A stretch of DNA of 64,000 nt, taken from NCBI GenBank assembly GCA_964291415.2, contig OZ219920.1, forward strand, positions 672,001-736,000, given 5' to 3'. A program made the position numbers and the translations under genes. The stretch is from Alphaproteobacteria bacterium (GTDB taxonomy: Bacteria; Pseudomonadota; Alphaproteobacteria; SP197). Each line of letters starts with the position of its first letter. Position 1 is the stretch's first letter. Positions 31,230-40,934 of this stretch are shown here, piece by piece. The notes below the pieces were generated by a model that did not search any database, was not told the origin of the DNA, and saw only the letters and a program-made list of their open reading frames with translations.

Positions 31230-31243
31230 CGGGTGATCGATCC

Positions 31244-31978
31244 ATGGCAACGCTGACCCTACCGGCCCGGCACTACCGGATGTACCCGCAGGACAGACAC
31301 CTGGGCCACACCGAGCGTTCACTGGAGATCGACACGACAGCCACCGCGCTGCTCGCGGTCGACGTGGGCGGCATGGGTCTGGCAAGCATGGCCGACATGG
31401 AACATGACGTCATCGTCCGGCGCATCGTGCCGGCCATTGCCGCTGCCCGGACAATCGGTCTGCCAATCGTATACACGAACAACTCGGCGCCGCGTATCGC
31501 AATTCATCGCTCTGAGCTGGGACGAATCGCCAGACGGAGTTTCGAACTCGACTGGGAGGAGTGGGGCCAGGAGGCAAACGTCGATCCGCGCGAGTACGCG
31601 CTGGGAGAGCCGGATGCGCTCAAGTTTCCCACCCGGCTTGAACCACAGGAAGGCGACTACTTCGTCCGCAAGCACTCCTACAGCGGATTTTTCGAAACGC
31701 GCCTCGATGGCCTGTTGCGCAATCTCGGGATCAAGACGCTGGTGTGTGTCGGCTTCTCGCTCGACGTCTGCTTGCACTCCACGATGGTCGATGCCATGAG
31801 CCTCAACTACGAAATCGTGCTGGTTCGGGACGCCACGCTCGCACAGGAGTTGCCTGGAGATCTCGATGAACTGCGCTTCACCAAGCGGTTGATTGTGTTG
31901 GCCGAGTATTCGCTTGGTGTCAGCACGACGTCCGCCGCGTTCATCGCGGCCTGCAAGTCCGCGGCCGGCACTCAGTGA
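31244..31978 (+). CDS. Isochorismatase-family cysteine hydrolase
   Basis: TALLAVD, KHSYSGFFET, GFSLDVCLHST. Confidence 0.85.
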   Translation: MATLTLPARHYRMYPQDRHLGHTERSLEIDTTATALLAVDVGGMGLASMADMEHDVIVRRIVPAIAAARTIGLPIVYTNNSAPRIAIHRSELGRIARRSFELDWEEWGQEANVDPREYALGEPDALKFPTRLEPQEGDYFVRKHSYSGFFETRLDGLLRNLGIKTLVCVGFSLDVCLHSTMVDAMSLNYEIVLVRDATLAQELPGDLDELRFTKRLIVLAEYSLGVSTTSAAFIAACKSAAGTQ

Positions 31979-32121
31979 ACTGAGAAGTCTGCAGCGACGA
32001 TGCCACCGATCCGTCACGTCGAAGACGACGGTTTTCCGGCGCTGAAGAACGTGTTCACTGACGCAGCTCGGCAATCGCCGGTCGGTGATGTCGGATCAGC
32101 CGCCGAGCGTGGACGGCCCGC

Positions 32122-32589
32122 TCAGGCCCGATCGAGGCGGATGACGCCGGCGCCTTCGAAGCGGCGCGTTCGGCACCAGTCGGCGAGCCCCTCGAGACCC
32201 TCGTCGACCTGCCCGAAGATGACGAGCGTGTTGTCGCCCGAGGGCAGGCGGCATTGCGCCGTGCCGTAGGTCACGGTCAACTCGCCGAACTTGGGATCCC
32301 AGCCCATGTCGCCGGGTCGCGGCAGGTGGACCGCGTTCTCCATTTGCCGGGCATCGAAGGTGTAGGCCCGGGTCGACATCACCATGTCGCCACTCCAGGC
32401 GACGTGGACGACCGGAATCTCGAAGGGAAGGTGCCGGACGACCTCGGCGACGGTGCGCGGCGCGCCCTGATCATAGAGCGTTGCGATGGCCGAACCGCCT
32501 TCGTAGACCAGGCGCACGCGAGTCGTGCCGCTGCGGAAATCGGTCCAGGTCTTTTCCCAGTACCAGGTCCTGGCGTCGGGCTCGCTCAT
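32122..32589 (-). CDS. Cyclophilin-like fold protein (DUF3830-like)
   Basis: APRTVAEVVRHLP, HVAWSG, ENAVHLPRPGD, ELTVTYG, VIFGQV. Confidence 0.65.
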   Translation of the reverse strand: MSEPDARTWYWEKTWTDFRSGTTRVRLVYEGGSAIATLYDQGAPRTVAEVVRHLPFEIPVVHVAWSGDMVMSTRAYTFDARQMENAVHLPRPGDMGWDPKFGELTVTYGTAQCRLPSGDNTLVIFGQVDEGLEGLADWCRTRRFEGAGVIRLDRA

Positions 32590-32894
32590 GGCTGGCAGCC
32601 TCCCGGAACCGCGCCGTAGACCTCGACGGTGGCGCTGACATGCGGCTCGAACTCCGCCCAGCCGCGTCGGGCGGCGAACTCCGCGCTCTCGAGCGCTTCA
32701 GGCCGCTCGAGTGCGTAAAGCGCGATGTAGCGGCGTCCCTCGGCACTCTCGGCCTTGTAGCGGCGGCTCGCGATGAAGCCCGGGCAGGCCGTGATCTCGG
32801 GCAGGTGCACGTCGTTGTACCAGCGGTTCCATGCGCTCTCGACCTCGACCGCCACCTGTGCGCGGACGACGAGCATGCAGTCGGGCAGGTCCAT
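32586..32894 (-). CDS. EthD/DUF4286-like dimeric alpha-beta barrel protein
   Basis: WNRWYNDVHLPEITACPGFIASRRY..YIALYAL. Confidence 0.75.
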   Translation of the reverse strand: MDLPDCMLVVRAQVAVEVESAWNRWYNDVHLPEITACPGFIASRRYKAESAEGRRYIALYALERPEALESAEFAARRGWAEFEPHVSATVEVYGAVPGGCQP

Positions 32895-33121
32895 CCCGGG
32901 CCTCTCCTTGTGGGTCACCACCTGGAGCGAGGCTGGCACGGCGGTCTTGCGATGTGCGTCCGGAAACGCCCGATTTCCGGCCACAGACGCCAGCCTTGCC
33001 GTGGCCGCGTTGACGGAAATGGAAAAATGCGGGAGCCTCGGCAGGACGATCGAGGGGGCCGGGGCTCCGCCGCGTCGTTCGAGCGAAGGGAATGCGTCTG
33101 GTGGCGGCGACAACGAGCGTC

Positions 33122-34117
33122 ATGTCGTCCTGGGACAAGAGGCCCGTATCGAGCCCGCGACGTTACGCGTTCCTTCTGGTCCCCGATTTTCCCCTGATGT
33201 CCTTCTCCTCGGTCGTGGCGGTGTTGCGCACGGCCAACTGGATCAGCGGACGGACGCTCTACGACTGGATCGTGTTGACGACCGACGGCGGGCCGGTGAC
33301 CGCGGGCACCGGGCTCACCCTGATGGCCGACGCGGCGATAGACGACGTCGAGCCTCCTGCGCTGATCCTGGTCGGCGCGGGCATCGGCGGCTGGTCCTAT
33401 CAGGATGCGCGAACCTTTGCCTGGCTGCGCGGCCTCGGCCGCCGCGGCGCCGTGATAGGCGCCTTCGAGACCGGCAGCTGGCTACTCGCGCGGGCGGGCG
33501 TGCTGCGTGGTCATCGCTGCACGGTCCACTGGGAGGACATTGCGAACTTCCGGGAGAGCTTTCCCGACATCGAGGTCACGGACAGTCTCTACGAGATCGA
33601 CGGGCGTCGCGTCACCTGCTCGGGCGGCTCCGCGGCGCTCGACCTGATGCTTCATCTGGTTGCGAACGACCACGGCCAGGACTTGGCCGGGGCGATCGCC
33701 GAAGCATTTTTCCACGATCAGGTGCGGGACGGCGACCGCCACCAGCGCATCAGTCTCGACAAGCGCATGGGCATCGACGACGACCGGCTGCTCGCCGCCG
33801 TGCTGGCCATGGAGCAGCACATCGAGGATCCCCTGTCACTGCAGCAGATCAGCCGTGTCTGCAAGGTTCCCATGCGCAGCCTGGAACGTCTGTTCAAGAT
33901 GCACCTGGGATGCGCGCCGAGTGCCTACTATCGCGACCTGCGCCTGAAGACCGCACGGCGCATGCTGCTGCACGGCTCGGAATCAATTCTCGACGTGGCG
34001 CTCGCCACGGGCTTCGTCTCGGCCTCGCACTTCGCGCGCTGCTATCGGTCGGCCTACGGCCGGTCGCCCCGCGACGACCGCATCCGCATGGGCATGCGCA
34101 GGCCGCTGTTGCCCTGA
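33122..34117 (+). CDS. GlxA-family AraC regulator with DJ-1/amidase domain
   Basis: FLLVPDFPLMSF, LRTANW, TVHWED, TCSGGSAALD, C-terminal double HTH (RSLERLF; GFVSASHFARCY). Confidence 0.92.
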   Translation: MSSWDKRPVSSPRRYAFLLVPDFPLMSFSSVVAVLRTANWISGRTLYDWIVLTTDGGPVTAGTGLTLMADAAIDDVEPPALILVGAGIGGWSYQDARTFAWLRGLGRRGAVIGAFETGSWLLARAGVLRGHRCTVHWEDIANFRESFPDIEVTDSLYEIDGRRVTCSGGSAALDLMLHLVANDHGQDLAGAIAEAFFHDQVRDGDRHQRISLDKRMGIDDDRLLAAVLAMEQHIEDPLSLQQISRVCKVPMRSLERLFKMHLGCAPSAYYRDLRLKTARRMLLHGSESILDVALATGFVSASHFARCYRSAYGRSPRDDRIRMGMRRPLLP

Positions 34118-34130
34118 GGATGCCGCCCGA

Positions 34131-35117
34131 TCACTTCGCGGCAGCGCTTTCGGCCTCGTCGAGCACGACCTCCTCGATGGCGTACTGCCCGCCGGCCTTG
34201 ACTGTGATGCGACAGCCCTTGCCGATGCGATAGTCGATCAGGCATGGGCACAGGTAACCCGGCAGGGCGGGGCCCAGGTCGTCGAAGCGGGTCAGGAAAC
34301 GGTTGCCGTGCTGGTGCCCGAACAGCACGGCGAACCTCTGATCCGGCCGCCGTGCCGAGGCCGTGTCCACAATGGCGGCCAGCGCTCGGGCCGCCGCGGG
34401 TTCGAACTGGGTCGTCCTGCCGTCACCGCCGTAGGGGTCATGCGCGAATGCGCGGTGTGGACCGTGATGCATGGCGAGGAAGACCACGGGTTCGGTTGCT
34501 GCGGCGAGCTCCGCCTCGATCCAGGCAAGGGTCCCGGGCAGCAGGGTTCCCGTGTAGCACCAGTGCAACGCATCGGCGCCGAGGCTGCTGTCGACCAGGA
34601 TGAAGCGAGCCCTTGCCTTGCCGTCCTCGAGGACGACACTGCGATTGAAAGGGCTGCCCGCCTGCCAGGGTTGGTCGCCCGACTCGAGGAGGCGGGCGAG
34701 TTCGTCTCGCGGCAGCGCCATGACGTCGTGGTTTCCGATCGTCAGCTCCCGCCGCACGCCGGGTTCGATAGCGCGCCAACCCTCCATGAAGTGCTGCAGG
34801 TGGCGCCGGGCATCGTAGTCCTCGTAGGGCCAGGGATGGGGCAGGCGCCCGGCATAGGCCGCAAGTTCGCCGCGGTGGGCCAGCACATGGCGGCGCCACA
34901 GCGTCTGGCTGTCGATGATGTCGCCTGTGCAGAGCGCAAGGCGGGGGCGTTCGGTGTTCACACGCTCGACGAAGGAGGCCAGCCGGCGCGGGCCACGCCA
35001 CATGTTGAGCACGCCGTGGCGTATGCCGTCGGCCTCCCCGGGCCCGTCGCGCGCGTCCGACAGAAGATGCAGATCGGTCATCCACAATATGGTGAAACGA
35101 TCGTCCACGGCCGACAC
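34131..35117 (-). CDS. Calcineurin-like metallophosphoesterase
   Basis: TDLH, TGDIID, IGNHD, MHH, FGHQHG motifs. Confidence 0.85.
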   Translation of the reverse strand: MSAVDDRFTILWMTDLHLLSDARDGPGEADGIRHGVLNMWRGPRRLASFVERVNTERPRLALCTGDIIDSQTLWRRHVLAHRGELAAYAGRLPHPWPYEDYDARRHLQHFMEGWRAIEPGVRRELTIGNHDVMALPRDELARLLESGDQPWQAGSPFNRSVVLEDGKARARFILVDSSLGADALHWCYTGTLLPGTLAWIEAELAAATEPVVFLAMHHGPHRAFAHDPYGGDGRTTQFEPAAARALAAIVDTASARRPDQRFAVLFGHQHGNRFLTRFDDLGPALPGYLCPCLIDYRIGKGCRITVKAGGQYAIEEVVLDEAESAAAK

Positions 35118-35121
35118 GCCG

Positions 35122-35976
35122 CTACCAGAGCGAGCCGCCGGCGATCGTGATGTTCTCGCCCGTGATGCCGCGCGCGCCGTCGCCGCACAGGAAGGCAATG
35201 GCGGCGCCGACCTCCTCGGCGGTGATGTGCCTCCGCTGCGGCAACCGAGCAGCGCTCTCATCGAGGAACGCCTCGACTCCCGTGTCGAGCCCCCGCTGAT
35301 GGATCAGGCTCTCCACGGCTCGCCGCGATTGCTGCGTATCGACGTGGCCGGGGCTCACGGCGTTGCAGGTCACACCGCAGGTTGCGCCTTCCAGCGCGAT
35401 GCAGCGCATGAGGCCGAGCAGTCCGGCCTTGGAGGCGCCGCGCGCCGCGCCGCCATCCTTCTCGCCGACGCTCGCGGCGGTCGAGGCCACGATGACGATG
35501 CGCCCCCAGCTGCGCGCAACCATCCCGGGGAACACGGCGCGCAAGGTGCGGAACGGTCCGGAGAGATTGATGTTGATCACGCGGTCCCAGAACGCGGTGG
35601 TGTGGCCGACCATCGGCATGCGACCGCCCATACCGGCGGTGTGGACCAGGATGTCGACCGGGCCCAGTGCCTTGACGACCGCGGCGTGATGGCTCGCGAC
35701 GCTCTCCTCGTTGCCGGTGTCGAGCGGCATCGCCAGGGCTCTCACACCCGCGGCCTCGATCAGCCGTCGTGCCTCGTCAAGGGTCTCCTCGCTGACGTCG
35801 AGAGTCGATTCGGGGCCGACGCGCTCGCCCATCAGCCCGCGGGTAAGCGAGCCCACGGCGACGTCCGCGCCGCGCCGCGCGAGCGCGAGTGCCGTCGCGC
35901 GGCCGATCCCTGTAGCGCCGCCGGGCACCCAGGCGACCCGACCGCAGAGCATGTCTCCGGCATCCGTTGCTGCCAT
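35122..35976 (-). CDS. SDR with beta2 insertion and RGASK in place of YxxxK
   Basis: PGGATGIG, ASTAA, RGASKAG, NAVSPG, ITGENITIAGG. Confidence 0.85.
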   Translation of the reverse strand: MAATDAGDMLCGRVAWVPGGATGIGRATALALARRGADVAVGSLTRGLMGERVGPESTLDVSEETLDEARRLIEAAGVRALAMPLDTGNEESVASHHAAVVKALGPVDILVHTAGMGGRMPMVGHTTAFWDRVININLSGPFRTLRAVFPGMVARSWGRIVIVASTAASVGEKDGGAARGASKAGLLGLMRCIALEGATCGVTCNAVSPGHVDTQQSRRAVESLIHQRGLDTGVEAFLDESAARLPQRRHITAEEVGAAIAFLCGDGARGITGENITIAGGSLW

Positions 35977-36157
35977 TCTCCTCCTTTCGCACCGCCGTGA
36001 ATTGAACGGATCCGGTGGCGCCTTCCACCGGGCTCCGGCGATGCTCGCGTTGCTTCCCGGTGCACGGTTGAGAGGGTTTCGATCTTGTTGAAGACCGGCG
36101 TGGTCGCGACCCCGACAGGCAAGGGAACACTTGAAGGCGGAGAGCCGGCCCCTGGCA

Positions 36158-38365
36158 TCAGCCCTCCGGCATGGTGAAGGGCGTGGGGTTGCGGAAGCGG
36201 TCGAGCACGTTGCGGGTGATGCGCGAGACGTTGTTCACGCCCCCGTTCCACGGCAGGCTCGAGATCCACGAGATCGAGCCGGTCGAGAAGACGGCGCCGC
36301 CGCCTTCGGTCTCGAAGAAGACGAGGTCCGAGCGCACCTTGTCGTTCTCCGTGCCGCCCAGCATCAGGTGGGTGGAACGGTAGTCCTCGGCCACCAGCAG
36401 CATGTTGTCGCTGTGGCCTTCCGAGCTGGCCAGCACGAGCGCATGCGGCGGGCTGCCGAGCGCGAGATCGTGACGGTCAATCTCCTGGCCCGAGGCGCCG
36501 TTGCCGGCAAAGCCGAAATCGCCGATTCGCTCGTCACAGACACCGTCGAAGATCCACGCTGCCCGTGGATCCTCACAGCCTGGCCGACGTACATAGTAGG
36601 TGCCGCGGTCGAATCCCTGGGCCGCCATTCCGACGCCGACCAGCGAGTTGGGCGTGCGACCGACCCGGCGCCACAGGCCGGAGAGCTCGCCGGTCGAGGC
36701 CAGGTGATACTCGCCGGGTTGGGCCTCCCAGGGACGGCATCCGTCCTCGGCACGGCGTACCTCGATGGCGCCCGGCAGGCCGTCGCTCATGCCGATGCGC
36801 CAGTAAAAGCCGTTGCCGCCCAGGTACATGAGGCGGCCGCCGTCAACGAGCCACCGCTGCAGGCCGTCCCACATCGGCGTCGACCAGTACTCCGGGTGGT
36901 TGCCGGTGAGAACGACCCTGTACGGCGCGAGCAACTCGGCCCCTTCGTGGTGGAGATCCTCGTCGGTGACAACATCGACCTCAACGCCGAGGTGATCGAG
37001 CCACCATGTGAGGTAGCCGTCGCCGGCAAACTGCCAGCGCGGCGTGTCGGGGCGCATGGAGACCAGAGGGCGCAAGCGCGAAGAGAGCGCGACGCCGCTG
37101 CCGTCGGTGTGACTCTCGTAGAGCGAGCCGCCGTATTCGGGATGTTCGGCGAGGAAGATGTCTTCCGGACCCGCGACGAGCAGCGCGCCCTGGAAGGCCT
37201 CGTAGGTCGCCGAGCACTCCATGACGCGGTAGTTGCCATAGGCCAGGTAGGTTGCGGTGGAGGCCAGAAAGCAGACGTCCGAGGTCGCCGTCCCGCGTCG
37301 CGGGCGGACCCAGAAGACGACATGATCGGAGATGCCGCCGTCGTCGAGCTTCGCGGCATAGACGCCCGACGCCGTGCCCTCCGGCACGACCCAGGAGAGG
37401 TCGGTCTGCCAGCCGGCGTCGAAGATGTCGTCGTCGTGGAAGTGGATGGCGCCGTACTGCTCCGGCGCGCGGCGCCAATCGAAGATGTCGGCGGTCCAGT
37501 TGTGGCCGGTCATGGCGCGGCCCGGCGCGTTGACCGTGCGGCCGTGGCGGCCGTGGCCGGAGATGTCGGTGATACGGTCACCCGCCATGTCGCGGGCAAA
37601 GTCCCAGGCGGCGGTGACGCCGGTCGTCAGTGCGTCTGGCACCTCGGCGCCGGCGAGTGCGGCGGCCTCGTCGGGCGAAAGGGCGCCTGAGGCGACGCGG
37701 GGCCGGTCAATCTTGCCGTTGAAGTGGCCGGCCATGGCGTCGGCCGCGGGACCATGGGCGGCGATGGTGAAGCGCCCGTCGGCGGTCGGGAGTCTGACCG
37801 ACACGTCGGCCTCGGCGACGACGGATGTGTCGCTGCCGGACTCCGACGACAGCAGAGTCTGGCGCAGCGTGACCTTGCCGTTGTTGCAGGCGGCGACAAT
37901 CTCCACCCATTGCCGGACCTTCAGGGGACGCCCGGTCGAGACCAGCGCGTTGCCCAGCCTGAGCGTGGGCGCACCGGCTTCGTCGAGACCCAGCAGGATG
38001 TCGGGACCCGTGTCGGTGGCGCGACCCATCACGGTCTGCCAGCGGCCGTGGAGCAAGGTCGGCCAGATGAAAGCCAGGAGCGTGAACGACGGGCCGAGCG
38101 GCAGGTCGTCGACCACGACATAGGAGCCGGCATGGATCCGCTGGCGCCGTGCCGGGTAGCCGCCGTTGCACGATGCCTCGACTGGGTGCTCGACGATGCC
38201 GGGGCCCAGGGCATGGGTGTCGGTGCTCGTCAGGCGCACGATGGTTGTCGTGTAACTCTCGGCGGCACCTTCCTCGCTCACCTTGACGGAAATCGTCTCA
38301 CCCGGCGCGACGCTGAAGCGGTCGGCATAGCCGACGATGGTCTTCTTCTTCACGATGACGGCCAT
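36158..38365 (-). CDS. N,N-dimethylformamidase large (beta) subunit-family protein
   Basis: GYADRFSVAPGETI, LamG-like insert, TATYLAYGN, SLYESH, GNHPEYWS, YLGGNGFYW, VFSTGSISW; true start MAVIVKKK. Confidence 0.88.
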   Translation of the reverse strand: MAVIVKKKTIVGYADRFSVAPGETISVKVSEEGAAESYTTTIVRLTSTDTHALGPGIVEHPVEASCNGGYPARRQRIHAGSYVVVDDLPLGPSFTLLAFIWPTLLHGRWQTVMGRATDTGPDILLGLDEAGAPTLRLGNALVSTGRPLKVRQWVEIVAACNNGKVTLRQTLLSSESGSDTSVVAEADVSVRLPTADGRFTIAAHGPAADAMAGHFNGKIDRPRVASGALSPDEAAALAGAEVPDALTTGVTAAWDFARDMAGDRITDISGHGRHGRTVNAPGRAMTGHNWTADIFDWRRAPEQYGAIHFHDDDIFDAGWQTDLSWVVPEGTASGVYAAKLDDGGISDHVVFWVRPRRGTATSDVCFLASTATYLAYGNYRVMECSATYEAFQGALLVAGPEDIFLAEHPEYGGSLYESHTDGSGVALSSRLRPLVSMRPDTPRWQFAGDGYLTWWLDHLGVEVDVVTDEDLHHEGAELLAPYRVVLTGNHPEYWSTPMWDGLQRWLVDGGRLMYLGGNGFYWRIGMSDGLPGAIEVRRAEDGCRPWEAQPGEYHLASTGELSGLWRRVGRTPNSLVGVGMAAQGFDRGTYYVRRPGCEDPRAAWIFDGVCDERIGDFGFAGNGASGQEIDRHDLALGSPPHALVLASSEGHSDNMLLVAEDYRSTHLMLGGTENDKVRSDLVFFETEGGGAVFSTGSISWISSLPWNGGVNNVSRITRNVLDRFRNPTPFTMPEG

Positions 38366-38667
38366 TCCAGGTCGCGTCCCGTGATCTGCTTCCAGCGCAG
38401 GCGGAAGACGTGCCGCTCGGCTTCCACAAAATCGGAAAAGACGACGTCCTCGTGCAGGGTCGGTGGGACATCGCGGCTGCCGCTCAGTTGCATGAGCATC
38501 CATTCGCGGCCGGGACGGCTCTTGTAGAGCGCGTACTTTCCGGTCACAGGACCGCCGCGCATGGCGCGCAGCAGGCGCTGGAGGTTGGGACTGTGGAAAC
38601 CGTCGGGCGCGGCCATGAATTCGCCGGCAAGCGGCAGGTCGCGGTCCGGGTCGATGCGGTAAGGCAT
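38350..38667 (-). CDS. N,N-dimethylformamidase small (alpha) subunit-like protein
   Basis: EFMAAPDGFHSPNLQRLL..KYAL...F.D..EAERHVFRLRW; overlaps the large-subunit start. Confidence 0.75.
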   Translation of the reverse strand: MPYRIDPDRDLPLAGEFMAAPDGFHSPNLQRLLRAMRGGPVTGKYALYKSRPGREWMLMQLSGSRDVPPTLHEDVVFSDFVEAERHVFRLRWKQITGRDLEWPSS

Positions 38668-38719
38668 GTCCAATCCCTTGGTCCAGGTCGCTCGCAGACC
38701 TTGCGGCCGGGTCATGGCG

Positions 38720-39064
38720 GGCAAGCGTCCGCACGCGCCAAGAATGCGCCCCTCGCCGCAGAACCGTCACAGGCCGTTCGGGGCGCACCGCAACCTGGCG
38801 GCGCCAGACCCGCTTCCTGCGACGCCGGACACGGACATGAAGGTCGAGCCGCGGGCTTCCACTCGGACGACCGGAGTGCCGTCGTGGCCGCCGGTGCCGC
38901 AGGTCAAGGGACATGTCGGCGAGGTCGACGACGTCCCCGAAGGCGCCGGCGATGCCAAGGAGCGGGCCGCGCAGGCTGCCCGTGCGGCCTTCGGCGACGC
39001 ACGCTTCTGCCTTTGCCCGCGGGTGATCGCCGGCATGTGTGAGGGCGCGGTCGGTCATGGCCAC
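38720..39064 (-). pseudogene. Degenerate amidase N-terminal relic
   Basis: RAKAEACVAEGRTGSLRGPLLGIAGAFGDVVDLADM plus shifted frame DGTPVVRVEARGS, echoing GpLhGvP..ikD..d..g / D..vV.rl.aaGa. Confidence 0.45.
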
Positions 39065-39065
39065 G

Positions 39066-40478
39066 TTACAGCGGCGGGCGGTGAGCAGGCCAGCCCAATG
39101 CCATCTCGAGCGCCTGACCGATGCGCAGCACCATGTTGTCGTCGTGGCGCCGGCCGACGATCTGGACCGCCGTGGGCAGGCCGTTGCCGGTGAACCCCGA
39201 GGGCACGGAGAATGCCGGCACCTGGCTTGTGAAGTTGAAGAACTGCGACATGAAGTGGCCGTGGTAGCGCCCCTCGTCGTCGACCCAGTCGAAATCTGTC
39301 TCGGACTGGCTCAGGAGCGGCGCCGGGCCACCCTGGGTCGGGCACAGCAGCGCATCGTGGCGAGCGAGCACCGGCGCGAGCGCCTGCCACGTCTTCGTGC
39401 GGGCGATCTCGAATCGTTTCACGTCCGTGCCGCTGTAGCCTGTGCCGCGCTCGACCATGGCCGCGACCCGCGGCGTCACGCGATCCGGATGCTGCCGGAC
39501 AATGTCGCCCTGCAGCAGTGCGGCGAGCGAGCCGACATCGGCCTCACAGGCGTAGATCGCCTGGCGGTCGAAGACGAGATCGACCTCCTCGATGATGGCG
39601 CCACGCTCTGCGAGCGCGGCGGCGGCGGCGCGCAGGCGGTGCTCGACCTCGGCGTCGACGTGGAAGAAGCCGAAGTCGATGTTGAGAGCGACCTTCAGCC
39701 CCCGGACGTTCCCGGGCGGCGGCACCGGCACGTCGAGGCGCGGCGTCAGCGACTGGATGTCGGCGTCGTCGGGCCCGTTGGCGACCTCGAGGAAGAGCGC
39801 CGCGTCGGCCACGGTGCGGGCGAGTGGCCCAAAGTGAAAGACGGTCGAGAACTGGGTCGGAAAGATGTCGAAGGGGATGCGCCCGAAGCTCGGCTTGAGG
39901 CCCGCAATGCCGCAGCAGGCAGCGGGGTCGCGCACCGAGCCGCCGCCGTCCGAACCTTCGGCGAGCGGCACGCAGCCCGCTGCGACCGCCGCCGCCGAGC
40001 CGCCCGAGGAGCCGCCCGGACTGTGCTCGAGCGACCAGGGGTTGCGGGTCTCGCCGTGAAGTTCGTTCCGCGTGAAGCCGGAGTAAGCGAACTCCGGCGT
40101 GTTGGTCTTGCCGACCATGATCGCACCGGCTTCGAACAGGCGGCGGGCGACCACGGCGTCGTGCTCGCCGACGTGGCCGGCGAAGACGCGGGAGCCGAAG
40201 GTGGTGGGAAAGCCCGCGGTCGGCGTCAGATCCTTGATCGCGACCGGCACACCGTGGAGCGGTCCACGCAGCATGCCGCGCCGCGCTTCGTTCTCGAGCA
40301 TCCGCGCCCGTTCGAGTGCGCGCTCCGGGAAGACCGAGCAGAAGGCGTTGATCATCGGATTGACCTCGTCGATGCGGGCGAGGGCGTTTGTCACCAGGTC
40401 GACGGGCGAAAGCCTGCGGCGCGCGACGAGCCGGGCGAGGTCGAGCGCCGGGGTGAAGCAGAGATCCGAATCGCTCAT
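39066..40478 (-). CDS. Amidase signature-family enzyme
   Basis: GPLHGVPVAIKD, GKTNTPEF, PGGSSGGSAAAVAAG, GSDGGGSVR. Confidence 0.95.
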   Translation of the reverse strand: MSDSDLCFTPALDLARLVARRRLSPVDLVTNALARIDEVNPMINAFCSVFPERALERARMLENEARRGMLRGPLHGVPVAIKDLTPTAGFPTTFGSRVFAGHVGEHDAVVARRLFEAGAIMVGKTNTPEFAYSGFTRNELHGETRNPWSLEHSPGGSSGGSAAAVAAGCVPLAEGSDGGGSVRDPAACCGIAGLKPSFGRIPFDIFPTQFSTVFHFGPLARTVADAALFLEVANGPDDADIQSLTPRLDVPVPPPGNVRGLKVALNIDFGFFHVDAEVEHRLRAAAAALAERGAIIEEVDLVFDRQAIYACEADVGSLAALLQGDIVRQHPDRVTPRVAAMVERGTGYSGTDVKRFEIARTKTWQALAPVLARHDALLCPTQGGPAPLLSQSETDFDWVDDEGRYHGHFMSQFFNFTSQVPAFSVPSGFTGNGLPTAVQIVGRRHDDNMVLRIGQALEMALGWPAHRPPL

Positions 40479-40934
40479 CCCGTTCGGTTCCCGGTCTGGC
40501 GCATGTGCGAAGTCCGGTTGTGGACCTCCGCCTCGATGGCGAACTCGGCACCCGCCGGCGCGAACTCAACGCTGCCTTGACGTTCCCCGCCGCGGACCGG
40601 CCTCGCCATGTTGGGCCCCTTGCGCGAGACGACATGGGACCGAATGGGGGTCATGCCATGGCCCGGCTCGCTCGTGGCATTGGAGCCGTGGGTGGTTCGA
40701 TGGCGCGGAACGGGAAAACGAACCCGCGGTCGGCGAATCGCTGGGCGAGGGGCGCCAGGGTCATGTCGTTGGGGGGCCTCCTTCGGAAGGTTGCGGCAAG
40801 CGCAACAGGACGCACCCGCCACCGGAGACTATGCCTGCGCCAGTCAACGATGCAATTGCGCCCGCCTGGCCCGGCAGGCTTGACCGTGTCGCCGACAGCC
40901 GTGGTACCTATCACGACCGGCTTGGGGAAGGACA

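Noticed and set aside
38366-39064. N-terminal extension making the DMFase-like ORF 968 aa
   Set aside because: It overlaps the real small-subunit gene and an amidase relic; a chance open frame, not a fusion
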